From Actinomycetota bacterium (GTDB taxonomy: Bacteria > Actinomycetota > Thermoleophilia > UBA2241): a DNA stretch of 35,413 bases. Positions 1-7,754 of this stretch are shown piece by piece. Location of the stretch: positions 1-35,413 of the forward strand of contig PLTW01000091.1 of the NCBI GenBank assembly GCA_003164655.1. The letters are read 5' to 3'. The notes under the pieces were generated by a model. It did not search any database. It was not told the origin of the DNA and saw only the letters and a program-made list of their open reading frames with translations. The translations under genes were made by a program, and so were the position numbers. Within the stretch, counting starts at the first letter, position 1, and each line of letters opens with the position of its first letter.

Positions 1-982
1 CGGCGGCGCGGGCGGCGCTCGACGCGTCGAGCGCCGCCCGCGCCGCCGCCCCGTCGAACACGCGCTCGACTTCGTAGTCGTCGCGGGTGTCGCGCGCTCG
101 GGCCTGGGTGATGAGCTCGCTCACGAGGCCGAGCGAGAGCAGCTGGATGCCGACGATGATGAGCAGCGTGCCGAGCACCAGAAGCGGGCGCTGGCCGATC
201 GGGTGACCGAAGAGCTTGTCGATGGTCAGATACACATCGACCAGCACACCGACGACGACCATCATCGTGCCGATGCCGCCGAACAGGTGCTGCGGACGCT
301 GCCGATACCGGCCCAAGAACAGCACCGTGAGCAGGTCGAGGTAGCCCCGCGCGTAGCGTCGCCAGCCGTACTTGGAGCTCCCGGCGGCGCGCCGGCGATG
401 CGCGACTTTCTCCTCGGCCACGCGAAAGCCGAGATCGCTCGCCAGCACGGGAATGTAGCGGTGCAGCTCGCCGTAGACCTTGACGTACTTGATCACATCG
501 CGACGGTAGGCCTTGAGGCCGCAGTTGAAGTCGTGCAGGTCGACGCCGGTCGACTTGCGCACGGTCCAGTTGAAGATCTTCGAGGGCACGGTCTTGCTCA
601 CCGGATCCTGGCGGCTCTGCTTCCAGCCCGACACCAGGTCGTAGCCCTGGTCGAGCTTGGCCAGCAGCTTGGGGATCTCGGCCGGATCGTCCTGGCGGTC
701 GCCGTCCATGGTCACGATCACGTCGCCGCGCGCTTCGGCGAACCCGTGAGTGAGGGCCGCCGCCTTGCCGAAGTTGCGTCGCAAGCAGACGACGCGCACG
801 CCGTCGTGAGCGGCCGAAAGCCGCTCCATGACGGCGGTGGAACCGTCGGTAGAGCCGTCGTCGACGAAGACGACCTCGAACGCGCCCAGCGGGCCGAGCG
901 CGTCGGCAATCTCCTTGTACAGGGCTTCGAGACTGCCGGCCTCGTTGAAGACGGGCACGACGATCGAGACAAGTGTGGCCAT
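1..982 (-). CDS. Family-2 glycosyltransferase (polyprenyl-phosphate sugar transferase, GtrB/ArnC/DPM1-like). The C-terminus runs off the window.
   Basis: My own reverse-strand translation from ATG 982..980 gives MATLVSIVVPVFNEAGSLEALYKEI...VVFVDDGSTDGS...IVTMDGDRQDDP...SSKYGW. Two C-terminal TM helices follow (LFGGIGTMMVVVGVLV, LLVLGTLLIIVGIQLLSLGLV). There is no stop before position 1, which is why it is missing from the ORF track. Confidence 0.85.
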   Translation of the reverse strand, partial: MATLVSIVVPVFNEAGSLEALYKEIADALGPLGAFEVVFVDDGSTDGSTAVMERLSAAHDGVRVVCLRRNFGKAAALTHGFAEARGDVIVTMDGDRQDDPAEIPKLLAKLDQGYDLVSGWKQSRQDPVSKTVPSKIFNWTVRKSTGVDLHDFNCGLKAYRRDVIKYVKVYGELHRYIPVLASDLGFRVAEEKVAHRRRAAGSSKYGWRRYARGYLDLLTVLFLGRYRQRPQHLFGGIGTMMVVVGVLVDVYLTIDKLFGHPIGQRPLLVLGTLLIIVGIQLLSLGLVSELITQARARDTRDDYEVERVFDGAAARAALDASSAARAA

Positions 983-1041
983 GACGCCCCACAGAATACA
1001 TCTTCCCGGCACAGGCCGACGGCGGCGAGCCAGCACGAGAC

Positions 1042-1050
1042 TGCTACAAT
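1042..1050 (+). promoter_or_regulatory. Candidate extended -10 promoter (TGcTACAAT) for the 1105..4613 cassette
   Basis: tgctacaat lies in the 120-bp divergent intergenic region, about 55 nt upstream of the GTG at 1105. No clear -35 element. Confidence 0.3.
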
Positions 1051-1104
1051 GGGCGCGGCTTCGCGACCGGCCCCGCGCCGCGTCGGCGAATCCGGGGAGG
1101 CACT

Positions 1105-2967
1105 GTGACCAAGACATACCGGGGAGCTGTACTGCTCGTCCTGGCCGGCGCGCTGCTTCTGCCGGCCGGGGCCGCGGCCGCGGCCGCGGTCCCGGCCGCG
1201 GTCACGAAGGGACTCGACTATCTGCACACACGCCAGCGCGACGACGGCGGGTTCGCCTACGCAAGCGCCCACGGCAACCCCTTCGACACCCCCTGGGTCA
1301 TGCTTGCCATCGCCGCCGGCGGCAACAACCCCTCGCGCTGGCAGGTCGACGGCCACAGCCCCATGAGCTTCCTGCAGTCCACCGATCTCGCCAGCGCCGC
1401 CAGCAACAGCGGCAACGCGCCCGAATACTACGCCCTGTGCATCCTCGCCTACCGGGCCGCGAACCGCACCGACCTGCTGCCGAGCGCGGGCAGCAAGCAG
1501 ATCAACCTCGTGCTGAAGCTCGAGTCGTATCAGTACCTCACCTACGGCTACTACTCGCCGGCCGTCCCACCCACCGCGACGGCCGCCACCGAGACGACGG
1601 CCTGGGCGGTGCTGGGCCTCGCCGCCGCCCACCAGAGCGGTTCGCAGGTGACGGACGCGGTGAAATGGCTGCAGACCCCCGCCAACGGCAACGGCAGCGG
1701 CGGCGGTCCCAACAGCGACGGCGGCTTCGGCTCGCAGCCGGCAGCCACGTCGAGCACGACTATTACGTCGCTCGTCATACAGGCGCTGGTGGCGGCCGGG
1801 GTCCGCCCGGCGACCAGCACAGTAGTGCAGGGCGCCACGGGGTTCCTCGAGACCATGCAGCGGTCGGACGGCGGTTTTGAGGACACCCAGGGCGGCTCGG
1901 CCAACACCCCCTCGACCGCGTGGGCGATCGAAGGGCTGCACGCGGCGGGGCTCGACGTCCACGGGCTCGTCAAGGGCCTCCATACTCCGTACACGTTCCT
2001 GACGAGGCTGCGCCAGCAGAACGGCTCGTCCTACGAGTTCCCCGGCGACAACGGCGACGTCATGAACGCGACCATGCAGGCGACGATCGCAGTCAGCGGC
2101 AAGACGCTGCCCCTTGCCCATGGGCCCAACGTGCTCACGAGGTTCGACCCGACCTTCACCAGCGGCTCGGTCGCGCCCAAGAGCGGCGCCCGTTTCGCGC
2201 GTCGCGCGGTGCTCGTGGAGGCGCGCTACCAGGACAACATCAACGGCACCGGGGTCAAAGCCCCGGCCGTCACGGTGATTGTCGACGGCAAGTCAAAGAC
2301 GGGGGCCACACACATCACCGAGTCGCATTTGCGGCTGCAGCTCACCCGGCTGACCGACGGCTCGCATACCTTCATCATCACCGTGCATGACTGGGCCGGC
2401 AACGTCGTGCGCCTGCAGCGCAGCTTCACGGTGGCCGTGCCGACCAGCGGTGGCGGCGCCACCGGCGGCGGCACCCACCCCGGCGGAGGGTCCGGCGGCG
2501 GCTCGAGTGGCGGCGGCGGCAGCTCAGGGGGCGGCAGCTCGAGTGGCGGCGGCAGCTCTGGAGGCGGAGGGACCGTCGTCCATCCCTCCCCCACACCGAC
2601 TCCGACGCCGACCCCCGCGGCGACGATCACACCGGCGCCGAGCGTGAGCCCGGGCACTACCCTGACGCCCACGCCGACCAGCTCGTTCCCGGGCGGCCCC
2701 ACCAGCCCGTCGCCGAGCGCGTCGGCCATCGGTCCGGCCGCCGGCTCGAGTGGCTCGAGTGGCGGCGGCAAGACGGCGGCCGTCGTGGGCACCACCCTCG
2801 CCGTGCTCGTGCCGCTCGGTTTCGCCGGGTCGTGGCTCGTGCGCCGCCACCTCTTGGGCGTCATGGACGGCGCCAGCAAGGGCACGATCCTGCCGCCCGG
2901 CTCGTCGGTCTGGCAGCGTTTCTGGAAATCTTCCGGCGGAGCGCCGCCGGGTGGCGGTGGGGAGTGA
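1105..2967 (+). CDS. Secreted, C-terminally membrane-anchored protein with prenyltransferase/squalene-cyclase-type alpha/alpha-toroid repeats, an Ig-like domain and Gly/Ser and Pro/Thr linkers
   Basis: The GTG start follows GGGGAGG. Signal peptide: MTKTYRGAVLLVLAGALLLPAGAAAAAA. Repeats: QRDDGGFAY, NSDGGFGS, QRSDGGFED, QQNGSSYEF. A beta-rich segment (VTVIVDGKSK...HTFIITVHDWAGNVV) is followed by GGGSS repeats and a PTPTPTPTP tract. The TM helix AAVVGTTLAVLVPLGFAGSWLV is followed by RRH. Confidence 0.8.
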   Translation: MTKTYRGAVLLVLAGALLLPAGAAAAAAVPAAVTKGLDYLHTRQRDDGGFAYASAHGNPFDTPWVMLAIAAGGNNPSRWQVDGHSPMSFLQSTDLASAASNSGNAPEYYALCILAYRAANRTDLLPSAGSKQINLVLKLESYQYLTYGYYSPAVPPTATAATETTAWAVLGLAAAHQSGSQVTDAVKWLQTPANGNGSGGGPNSDGGFGSQPAATSSTTITSLVIQALVAAGVRPATSTVVQGATGFLETMQRSDGGFEDTQGGSANTPSTAWAIEGLHAAGLDVHGLVKGLHTPYTFLTRLRQQNGSSYEFPGDNGDVMNATMQATIAVSGKTLPLAHGPNVLTRFDPTFTSGSVAPKSGARFARRAVLVEARYQDNINGTGVKAPAVTVIVDGKSKTGATHITESHLRLQLTRLTDGSHTFIITVHDWAGNVVRLQRSFTVAVPTSGGGATGGGTHPGGGSGGGSSGGGGSSGGGSSSGGGSSGGGGTVVHPSPTPTPTPTPAATITPAPSVSPGTTLTPTPTSSFPGGPTSPSPSASAIGPAAGSSGSSGGGKTAAVVGTTLAVLVPLGFAGSWLVRRHLLGVMDGASKGTILPPGSSVWQRFWKSSGGAPPGGGGE

Positions 2968-2974
2968 CCCAGGC

Positions 2975-3994
2975 GTGCACCTGATCATCGCGACAACCGT
3001 TGCCCACGGCCTCGGGCAGGCGATCTACGACATCTGCAGGCTCCTGCTCTATCCCGTCCTCATCGCGGCGCTGCTCTGCCTGGGCTGGGCGATCATCGAA
3101 GTCGGCTGGTTTCTCTACGAGCTCTACCTGCGACTGCGCTACCGCGATCTCGAAGCGCTCGAGATCCGCGCCCTCAAGGCCCGCGACGCGTTCGCCAAGG
3201 GCCAGCCACGCCGCGCCTATAAGTACCTTCAGGAGAACAACTACTCGACAGTCGTGGCGCGCTTTCTGTTCGATCTCATCCGCAACTATCAGACCGACCG
3301 CATCGCCGAGAAGCCCCTGAAGCTGCTTCAGGAGTACGAGTTCTACACGGTCAAGCGACTCGAAAAGACCCGCATCCTGATGCGCGTCGGACCGATGCTG
3401 GGCCTCATGGGCGCCCTCATTTCCCTGGCTCCGGCCTTCACCGGTCTGGCCGAAGGCAACGCCCGGGTGCTCACCGACAACCTGAAGATCGCCCTCTCGG
3501 TCACTGTGATCGGCTTGCTGATCGGCGGTCTCGGATTCATCGTCAGCATCGTGCGCGACCGCTTTTACCAACAGGACATCTCAGATCTCGAGTACATGCT
3601 CGAGCTGCTCGAGGGTGGCGGCGGGCGCCTGCGCATCGGTCCGCCCCGCCGCCAGCGCGCCGACATCGACGACGCCGGTGACGACCTGCCCGACCTCACG
3701 TCGGCGGCCGCTCCCGACGGCGACGGGAGCGGGGCCGTCGGCGACGTCGGCGGCGCGCCACCGGCAGCGCCGGTCGCGGCGCCACTGGCGCCCTCGTCGA
3801 GCGTGCTACAGTTCGCGCCGGTCGCGACCGCAGCGCCGCCGGCCACCCCGGATGCAGCCGACGAGCCGACCGAGATCATCTCCTGGCGTCCGCTCCTGCC
3901 GCCCGACGGCGCTCCGCCGGACAGCGCTCCGCTGGTCGAAGCTCCGCTGGACGGCGGACCGCCGGCGCCCGGCCCCACCGGCGAACAGTCATGA
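2975..3994 (+). CDS. MotA/TolQ/ExbB-family proton-channel protein with a long Pro/Ala-rich C-terminal extension
   Basis: In-frame GTG at 2975, 8 nt after the upstream stop and preceded by ggtggggag. The track's 2750 start would overlap the upstream gene. N-terminal TM: LLLYPVLIAALLCLGWAIIEV. Family motifs: RVGPMLGLMGALISLAP and ALSVTVIGLLIGGLGFIVSIV. The last ~110 aa are Pro/Ala/Asp-rich. Confidence 0.75.
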   Translation: MHLIIATTVAHGLGQAIYDICRLLLYPVLIAALLCLGWAIIEVGWFLYELYLRLRYRDLEALEIRALKARDAFAKGQPRRAYKYLQENNYSTVVARFLFDLIRNYQTDRIAEKPLKLLQEYEFYTVKRLEKTRILMRVGPMLGLMGALISLAPAFTGLAEGNARVLTDNLKIALSVTVIGLLIGGLGFIVSIVRDRFYQQDISDLEYMLELLEGGGGRLRIGPPRRQRADIDDAGDDLPDLTSAAAPDGDGSGAVGDVGGAPPAAPVAAPLAPSSSVLQFAPVATAAPPATPDAADEPTEIISWRPLLPPDGAPPDSAPLVEAPLDGGPPAPGPTGEQS

Positions 3995-4016
3995 TCCGGC
4001 GCCGGGCAGCCCGCCA

Positions 4017-4613
4017 ATGAGCACGACCGTCGAGACGCCGTCGCACTCTGGAGCGCCGCTCGATCGCGAACCGGGCAGCGGCCGCCGACTGCGCTACATG
4101 GGCCGGCGGCGCATACGCCGAACCGACCGCAACGGCGACGCGCTCGGCGGAGTCTTCAATCTCTTCGACGTCGCCGTCGTCCTGGCGGTCGCCGTTTTGC
4201 TGGCCGCTCTGACGGGTGTCGGGCTTTCGGGCATTCTTTCGTCGAAGAACGTGACCATCGTGACGAACCCCGGCCAGTCCGACATGCAGGTCATCACCAA
4301 GAACGGCACGCAGATCACCAGGCTCGATCTCAGGGCCGGTCAGCAGGTCTCCGGTCTGGGGATCCTCGTCGGCCAGTTCTACCGGCTCCCCGGCGGCACC
4401 ACCGTCTACGTGCCGTCGGGCGGCGGGACGGTCGCCCCGACACCGGGCGCCACGAGTACGAGCGCTCCCGCCGTGGCCGTCACGCCCACGCCACCCGGCG
4501 TTGTGATCACCCCCACCCCCGGCTCGCCGCCGACGGGCGCCCCCGGCACGGTCACTCCGGGGGTGACGGCCACGCCGACGGTCGCCCCGAGCGGCGCCAC
4601 TCCGGGGCCGTAG
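4017..4613 (+). CDS. Single-pass membrane protein, DUF2149-like (ExbD-analogous partner of archaeal-type ExbB), with a Pro/Thr-rich C-terminal tail
   Basis: ATG at 4017 (alternative ATG at 4098). Arg-rich cytoplasmic N-terminus, then the TM segment GGVFNLFDVAVVLAVAVLLAALTGVGL, a small beta-rich domain and a TPTPPGVVITPTPGSPPTG tail. The DUF2149 assignment is from memory of that family's N-terminal TM motif, not from a search. Confidence 0.55.
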   Translation: MSTTVETPSHSGAPLDREPGSGRRLRYMGRRRIRRTDRNGDALGGVFNLFDVAVVLAVAVLLAALTGVGLSGILSSKNVTIVTNPGQSDMQVITKNGTQITRLDLRAGQQVSGLGILVGQFYRLPGGTTVYVPSGGGTVAPTPGATSTSAPAVAVTPTPPGVVITPTPGSPPTGAPGTVTPGVTATPTVAPSGATPGP

Positions 4614-4622
4614 CGCCGGACG

Positions 4623-5618
4623 CTACTTGAGCGAACGCAGCAGCGCTACGAGCCGTTCGAGCTCGTCGCGGTCGCGGAAACGCAGTTCGAGGCTCCCGCC
4701 GCGCTTGCCCGAACGGATCCGCACCGGCACCTCGAGCACTTCGAAGAGCTCCTCGGCCACTTCGTCGTAGGCCTCGGCGGCCCGGGCAGGCGGGCGGGCG
4801 GGCGGCCCCGGCGCAGCGCTGCCCGTGGCCTCCTGCGCGGCGCGGACCAGCGCCTCGGTCTGCCGCACGGTCAGGCCGCGCGCCACCACCAGGCGCGCGA
4901 CGCGCCGCCGCCCGAGATGGTCGGTCAGGCCAAGCAGCGCCCGCCCGTGCCCCTCGGTGAGCCGACCGCTTTCGAGCAGCCCGCGCACCTCGTCGGGCAG
5001 GTCGAGCAGGCGCAGCACGTTGGTCACCGCCACGCGACTCTTGCCGACGAGCTCGCCGATGCGGTCGTGGGTAAGCCCGAACTCGTCGGCCAGCGCCGCG
5101 TAGGCAAGCGCCTCTTCGATGGCGTTCAGGTCTTCGCGGGCGACGTTCTCGGCCAGGGCGATCTCGAGCGAAGCCGCCTCGCCGGCCGGCCGGACGAGCG
5201 CCGGGATGCTCTCCAAGCCGGCGAGACGCGCGGCCCGCAGACGGCGCTCGCCGGCGATCAGCTCCCACGGCTCGGCGGCAGCGTCGGGCGCGGGCCGGAC
5301 CACGATCGGCTGCACGACGCCGAGACTCCTGATCGAAGCGGACAATTCCGCCAGCTCTTCGGCGTCGAAAGCCCGGCGCGGTTGCCGGGTCGAGGCGCCG
5401 ATCGCGGCCAGCGGCAGATCGCGCAGGCGGCCTTCGGCGGCGGGCGTCGCTCCGCCCGGCACGCCGGGCGCCACGCCGGGCGGAGCGGCGCCCGCCGCCC
5501 CACGCTCGGCGATCAGCGCCGACAGACCCCGGCCGAGACGCTGCCGGCCACCCGCGGGCGGTTTCGCTGCATCGCCGGGTTGCCTGGTCGTGGCCTTCTT
5601 GTCGGTGGGTCCGTCCAT
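4623..5618 (-). CDS. parB: Chromosome partitioning protein ParB/Spo0J
   Basis: GRGLSALI; PRRAFDAEELAELSASIRSLGVVQPIVVRP; ELIAGERRLRAARLAGLESIPALV; HTH region LTHDRIGELVGKSRVAVTNVLRLL. GGAGG lies 8 nt upstream, inside the end of parA. Confidence 0.95.
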   Translation of the reverse strand: MDGPTDKKATTRQPGDAAKPPAGGRQRLGRGLSALIAERGAAGAAPPGVAPGVPGGATPAAEGRLRDLPLAAIGASTRQPRRAFDAEELAELSASIRSLGVVQPIVVRPAPDAAAEPWELIAGERRLRAARLAGLESIPALVRPAGEAASLEIALAENVAREDLNAIEEALAYAALADEFGLTHDRIGELVGKSRVAVTNVLRLLDLPDEVRGLLESGRLTEGHGRALLGLTDHLGRRRVARLVVARGLTVRQTEALVRAAQEATGSAAPGPPARPPARAAEAYDEVAEELFEVLEVPVRIRSGKRGGSLELRFRDRDELERLVALLRSLK

Positions 5619-5621
5619 GCC

Positions 5622-6443
5622 TCAGCCTCCCGAAGGCCGCCGTTGGCCGGCCGGCGCGCGCGTCACGATCTCCTTGGCCAGATCGAAATACGCGTCGGAG
5701 CCGGCGCACGTGGGATCGTAGCGCGAGATCGGCAAGCCGTGACTGGGGGCTTCGCCAAGCCGCACGTTGCGCGGCACCTGAGTGGCAAAAACGTCGCCGC
5801 CGAGGTGTGCGCGCACCTCGGCGGCGACCTCCTTGCCCAGCCGCGTGCGCCCATCGAGCATGGTGATGACGATGCCCAGCAGCCGCAGGTCGGGGTTGAC
5901 CCGCTCGCGCACGAGGTCGATGGTGCCGAGCAGCTGGGCGAGCCCCTCGAGGGCAAAGTACTCGGCCTGCACCGGCACGAGCGCCTCGTGGGCGGCGGTC
6001 AGCCCGTTCACGGTCAGCACACCGAGCGACGGCGGACAGTCGACGAACACGAACTCGTAGGCGTCGAGCGCGCCGTGCAGCGCGCCACGCAGCACGAACT
6101 CGCGATTCTCGGCGCCGGCCAGCTCGACTTCGGCGCCGGCCAGATCGCGACACGCCGGCACCACCCAGAGCGACTCCACGGTGGTCGGCTGCGTGACCTC
6201 GGCAAGCGACACCTGACCGCCGAGCACGCCATAGACGGACCGTTCAGCCGACTCGGCCTCGAGGCCGAGCCCACTGCCGGCGTTGCCCTGCGGGTCGAGA
6301 TCGACCAGCAACGTGGCGAAGCCGGCTTCGGCCAGGCAGGCGGCCACGTTGATCGCCGTCGTGGTCTTGCCTACCCCGCCCTTCTGGTTGGCGACGGCGA
6401 TGACGCGCGTCACCGCGCGGCCCGCCGGCCGAAACGGACGCAA
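5622..6443 (-). CDS. parA: Chromosome partitioning ATPase ParA/Soj
   Basis: Deviant Walker A in VIAVANQKGGVGKTTTAINVAACLAEAG; also LLVDLDPQGNA and FVFVDCPPSLG. The stop is 3 nt before the parB start. An alternative GTG start at 6413 (VTRVIAV...) gives the usual short N-terminus. Confidence 0.95.
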   Translation of the reverse strand: MRPFRPAGRAVTRVIAVANQKGGVGKTTTAINVAACLAEAGFATLLVDLDPQGNAGSGLGLEAESAERSVYGVLGGQVSLAEVTQPTTVESLWVVPACRDLAGAEVELAGAENREFVLRGALHGALDAYEFVFVDCPPSLGVLTVNGLTAAHEALVPVQAEYFALEGLAQLLGTIDLVRERVNPDLRLLGIVITMLDGRTRLGKEVAAEVRAHLGGDVFATQVPRNVRLGEAPSHGLPISRYDPTCAGSDAYFDLAKEIVTRAPAGQRRPSGG

Positions 6444-6700
6444 GGAGCGCAGGACCCTGGAAGAGCGACCACCATCTCGGTCGCCATCTTATCGACCGCC
6501 TCGCGGCGCCGCCAGACGACCGCGCGGCGGCGCACCGACAGGCCGGCGACCGGCGCCGGCGACGACCGCCGCGCAGCGACCGGCGCCACGTCAGGCCAGC
6601 GGCCGCTTGGCCGCCATGCCCGGCCGCCGCGGAAAGTGCGCCGGCGTGGGCGCGACCTTTTCGAACACGATGCAGACCGAGCCGGGCAGAGGTGATCGCG

Positions 6701-7399
6701 TCAGGGCGACGAGGCGGCGGCGGCCGTCTTGCTGACCGCCAGCACTCCGCCCAGGGCAAGCAGCGGGCCGGCCAGCTCGACGACCACGGCGAGCGGTCCG
6801 ACCGCCTTGGCCAGCACGACCGCGAAGCGCTCGCGGCCAAATCGGCCGACCGCGGCCAGCTCTTCGCTGCGCGCGCAGGCGACGTCGACCCGTTCGCCCA
6901 AGCCAACGCGAGCCACGGCTTCTCGCAAAAAGACACACTTCTTGCCCACGGCTTCGATCAGCGTAAACCGCACGCCGGGCAAGGCCAGAGCCAGCGGTAT
7001 GCCGGGCAGGCCGCCGCCGCTGCCCAGGTCGGCCCAGAGCCCACCGGAGGCGGCCGTCGCGGCGGCGGTCAGCTCGTCGACCTCGAGCAGAGCGAGGGCG
7101 TCGTCGACCAGCTCGCCGACGCCCGCCGGCGAGCCCCGCGCGCCCGTGACGTTGGCGCGCCGATAGCCCGCCAGCAGCGCGCAGTAGGCCTGCAGGTCGT
7201 CACTGCCGAGTGGGTCGCCGTCAAAGGCGAGAGAGCGGATCGGGAGCCGCCGGGCGGCGCTCAGGCGTCGCAGAGCTTGGTGAGAGTAAGGATCGTGCCG
7301 CCCGACTCGGGGTGGTCGAGGCGGAACTCGTCGACCACGGCGCGGATGATGGAGATGCCCATGCCCCCCTCGGAGAGCTTGACCCCGACCGAGCCGCAC
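6701..7399 (-). CDS. rsmG: 16S rRNA (guanine527-N7)-methyltransferase RsmG/GidB. The start codon is unresolved: the coordinates give the maximal ORF, but homology begins near 7260.
   Basis: SAM motif WADLGSGGGLPGIPLALALPGVRFTLIEAVGKKCVFL. N-terminal region LGSDDLQAYCALLAGYRRANVTG. Position immediately upstream of parA-parB. See the finding on the missing start codon. Confidence 0.8.
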   Translation of the reverse strand: MRLGRGQALRGGHGHLHHPRRGRRVPPRPPRVGRHDPYSHQALRRLSAARRLPIRSLAFDGDPLGSDDLQAYCALLAGYRRANVTGARGSPAGVGELVDDALALLEVDELTAAATAASGGLWADLGSGGGLPGIPLALALPGVRFTLIEAVGKKCVFLREAVARVGLGERVDVACARSEELAAVGRFGRERFAVVLAKAVGPLAVVVELAGPLLALGGVLAVSKTAAAASSP

Positions 7400-7722
7400 T
7401 CCGGACAGTCGATGTCGTCTTCGTGAAAACCGCCGCCCTGGTCGCGCACGGTCACGGTGACACGGTCCGCGCTGGCCACGAACGACAGGTGTACCTGGCC
7501 CTTGTCGTGGTCGTAAGCGTGGCGGATCGAGTTTGAGCAGGCCTCGGTGAGGGCGAGCTTGAGGTCGGCCACGGCATCGGCCGAGAACCGCCGCTCGCGC
7601 ACGAGTCCGGCGAGCGCCAGCCGGCCGAGCACGACGTACTCGGCCTTGGCCGGAATCTCGAGTGTGACCAGTTCGTTCACAGGATCGTCACCATCGTATC
7701 GTAGCGGCCCACCGTCGGCCAA
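7261..7722 (-). CDS. RsbW/SpoIIAB-like anti-sigma factor serine kinase (HATPase_c_2)
   Basis: 153 aa. N-box LTEACSNSIRHA, G1 VRDQGGGF, G2 SEGGMGISIIRAVV. Size and layout are typical of partner-switching kinases. Confidence 0.75.
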   Translation of the reverse strand: MADGGPLRYDGDDPVNELVTLEIPAKAEYVVLGRLALAGLVRERRFSADAVADLKLALTEACSNSIRHAYDHDKGQVHLSFVASADRVTVTVRDQGGGFHEDDIDCPECGSVGVKLSEGGMGISIIRAVVDEFRLDHPESGGTILTLTKLCDA

Positions 7723-7754
7723 GTCTCACGCGGACAGATGCTACAGACAGCCGG

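Noticed and set aside
983-1104. Possible cobalamin riboswitch upstream of the ExbB cassette (also considered at 13707..13923 upstream of the kam operon)
   Set aside because: The leaders are only about 55 to 100 nt long, too short for a B12 element. I could not find the conserved B12-box-type core. A covariance-model scan would be needed to be certain.
718-2121. 467-aa minus-strand ORF, with the 203..1108 and 828..1880 plus-strand ORFs
   Set aside because: The translations are Arg/Ala/Gly/Pro-rich and low in complexity. They overlap the clearly recognisable GT2 gene (1..982, -) and the secreted repeat protein (1105..2967, +). These are typical shadow ORFs of a very GC-rich genome.
2750-2974. 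N-terminal 75-aa extension of the ExbB-like ORF as given in the track
   Set aside because: It would overlap the upstream gene by 218 nt and translates as Arg/Ala/Ser shadow sequence. A GTG with an SD at 2975 gives an N-terminus that starts just before the first TM helix.
4552-6695. 533-aa (4552..6153, -) and 592-aa (4917..6695, +) ORFs across the partition locus
   Set aside because: They lie in alternative frames or on the antisense strand of parB and parA, which have unmistakable family motifs. Their translations are dominated by Arg, Ala and Gly.
6444-6700. oriC or DnaA-box cluster in the rsmG-parA gap
   Set aside because: I saw no TTATCCACA or TTGTCCACA-type 9-mers (the best is cttatcgac), no AT-rich unwinding element and no dnaA or dnaN nearby.
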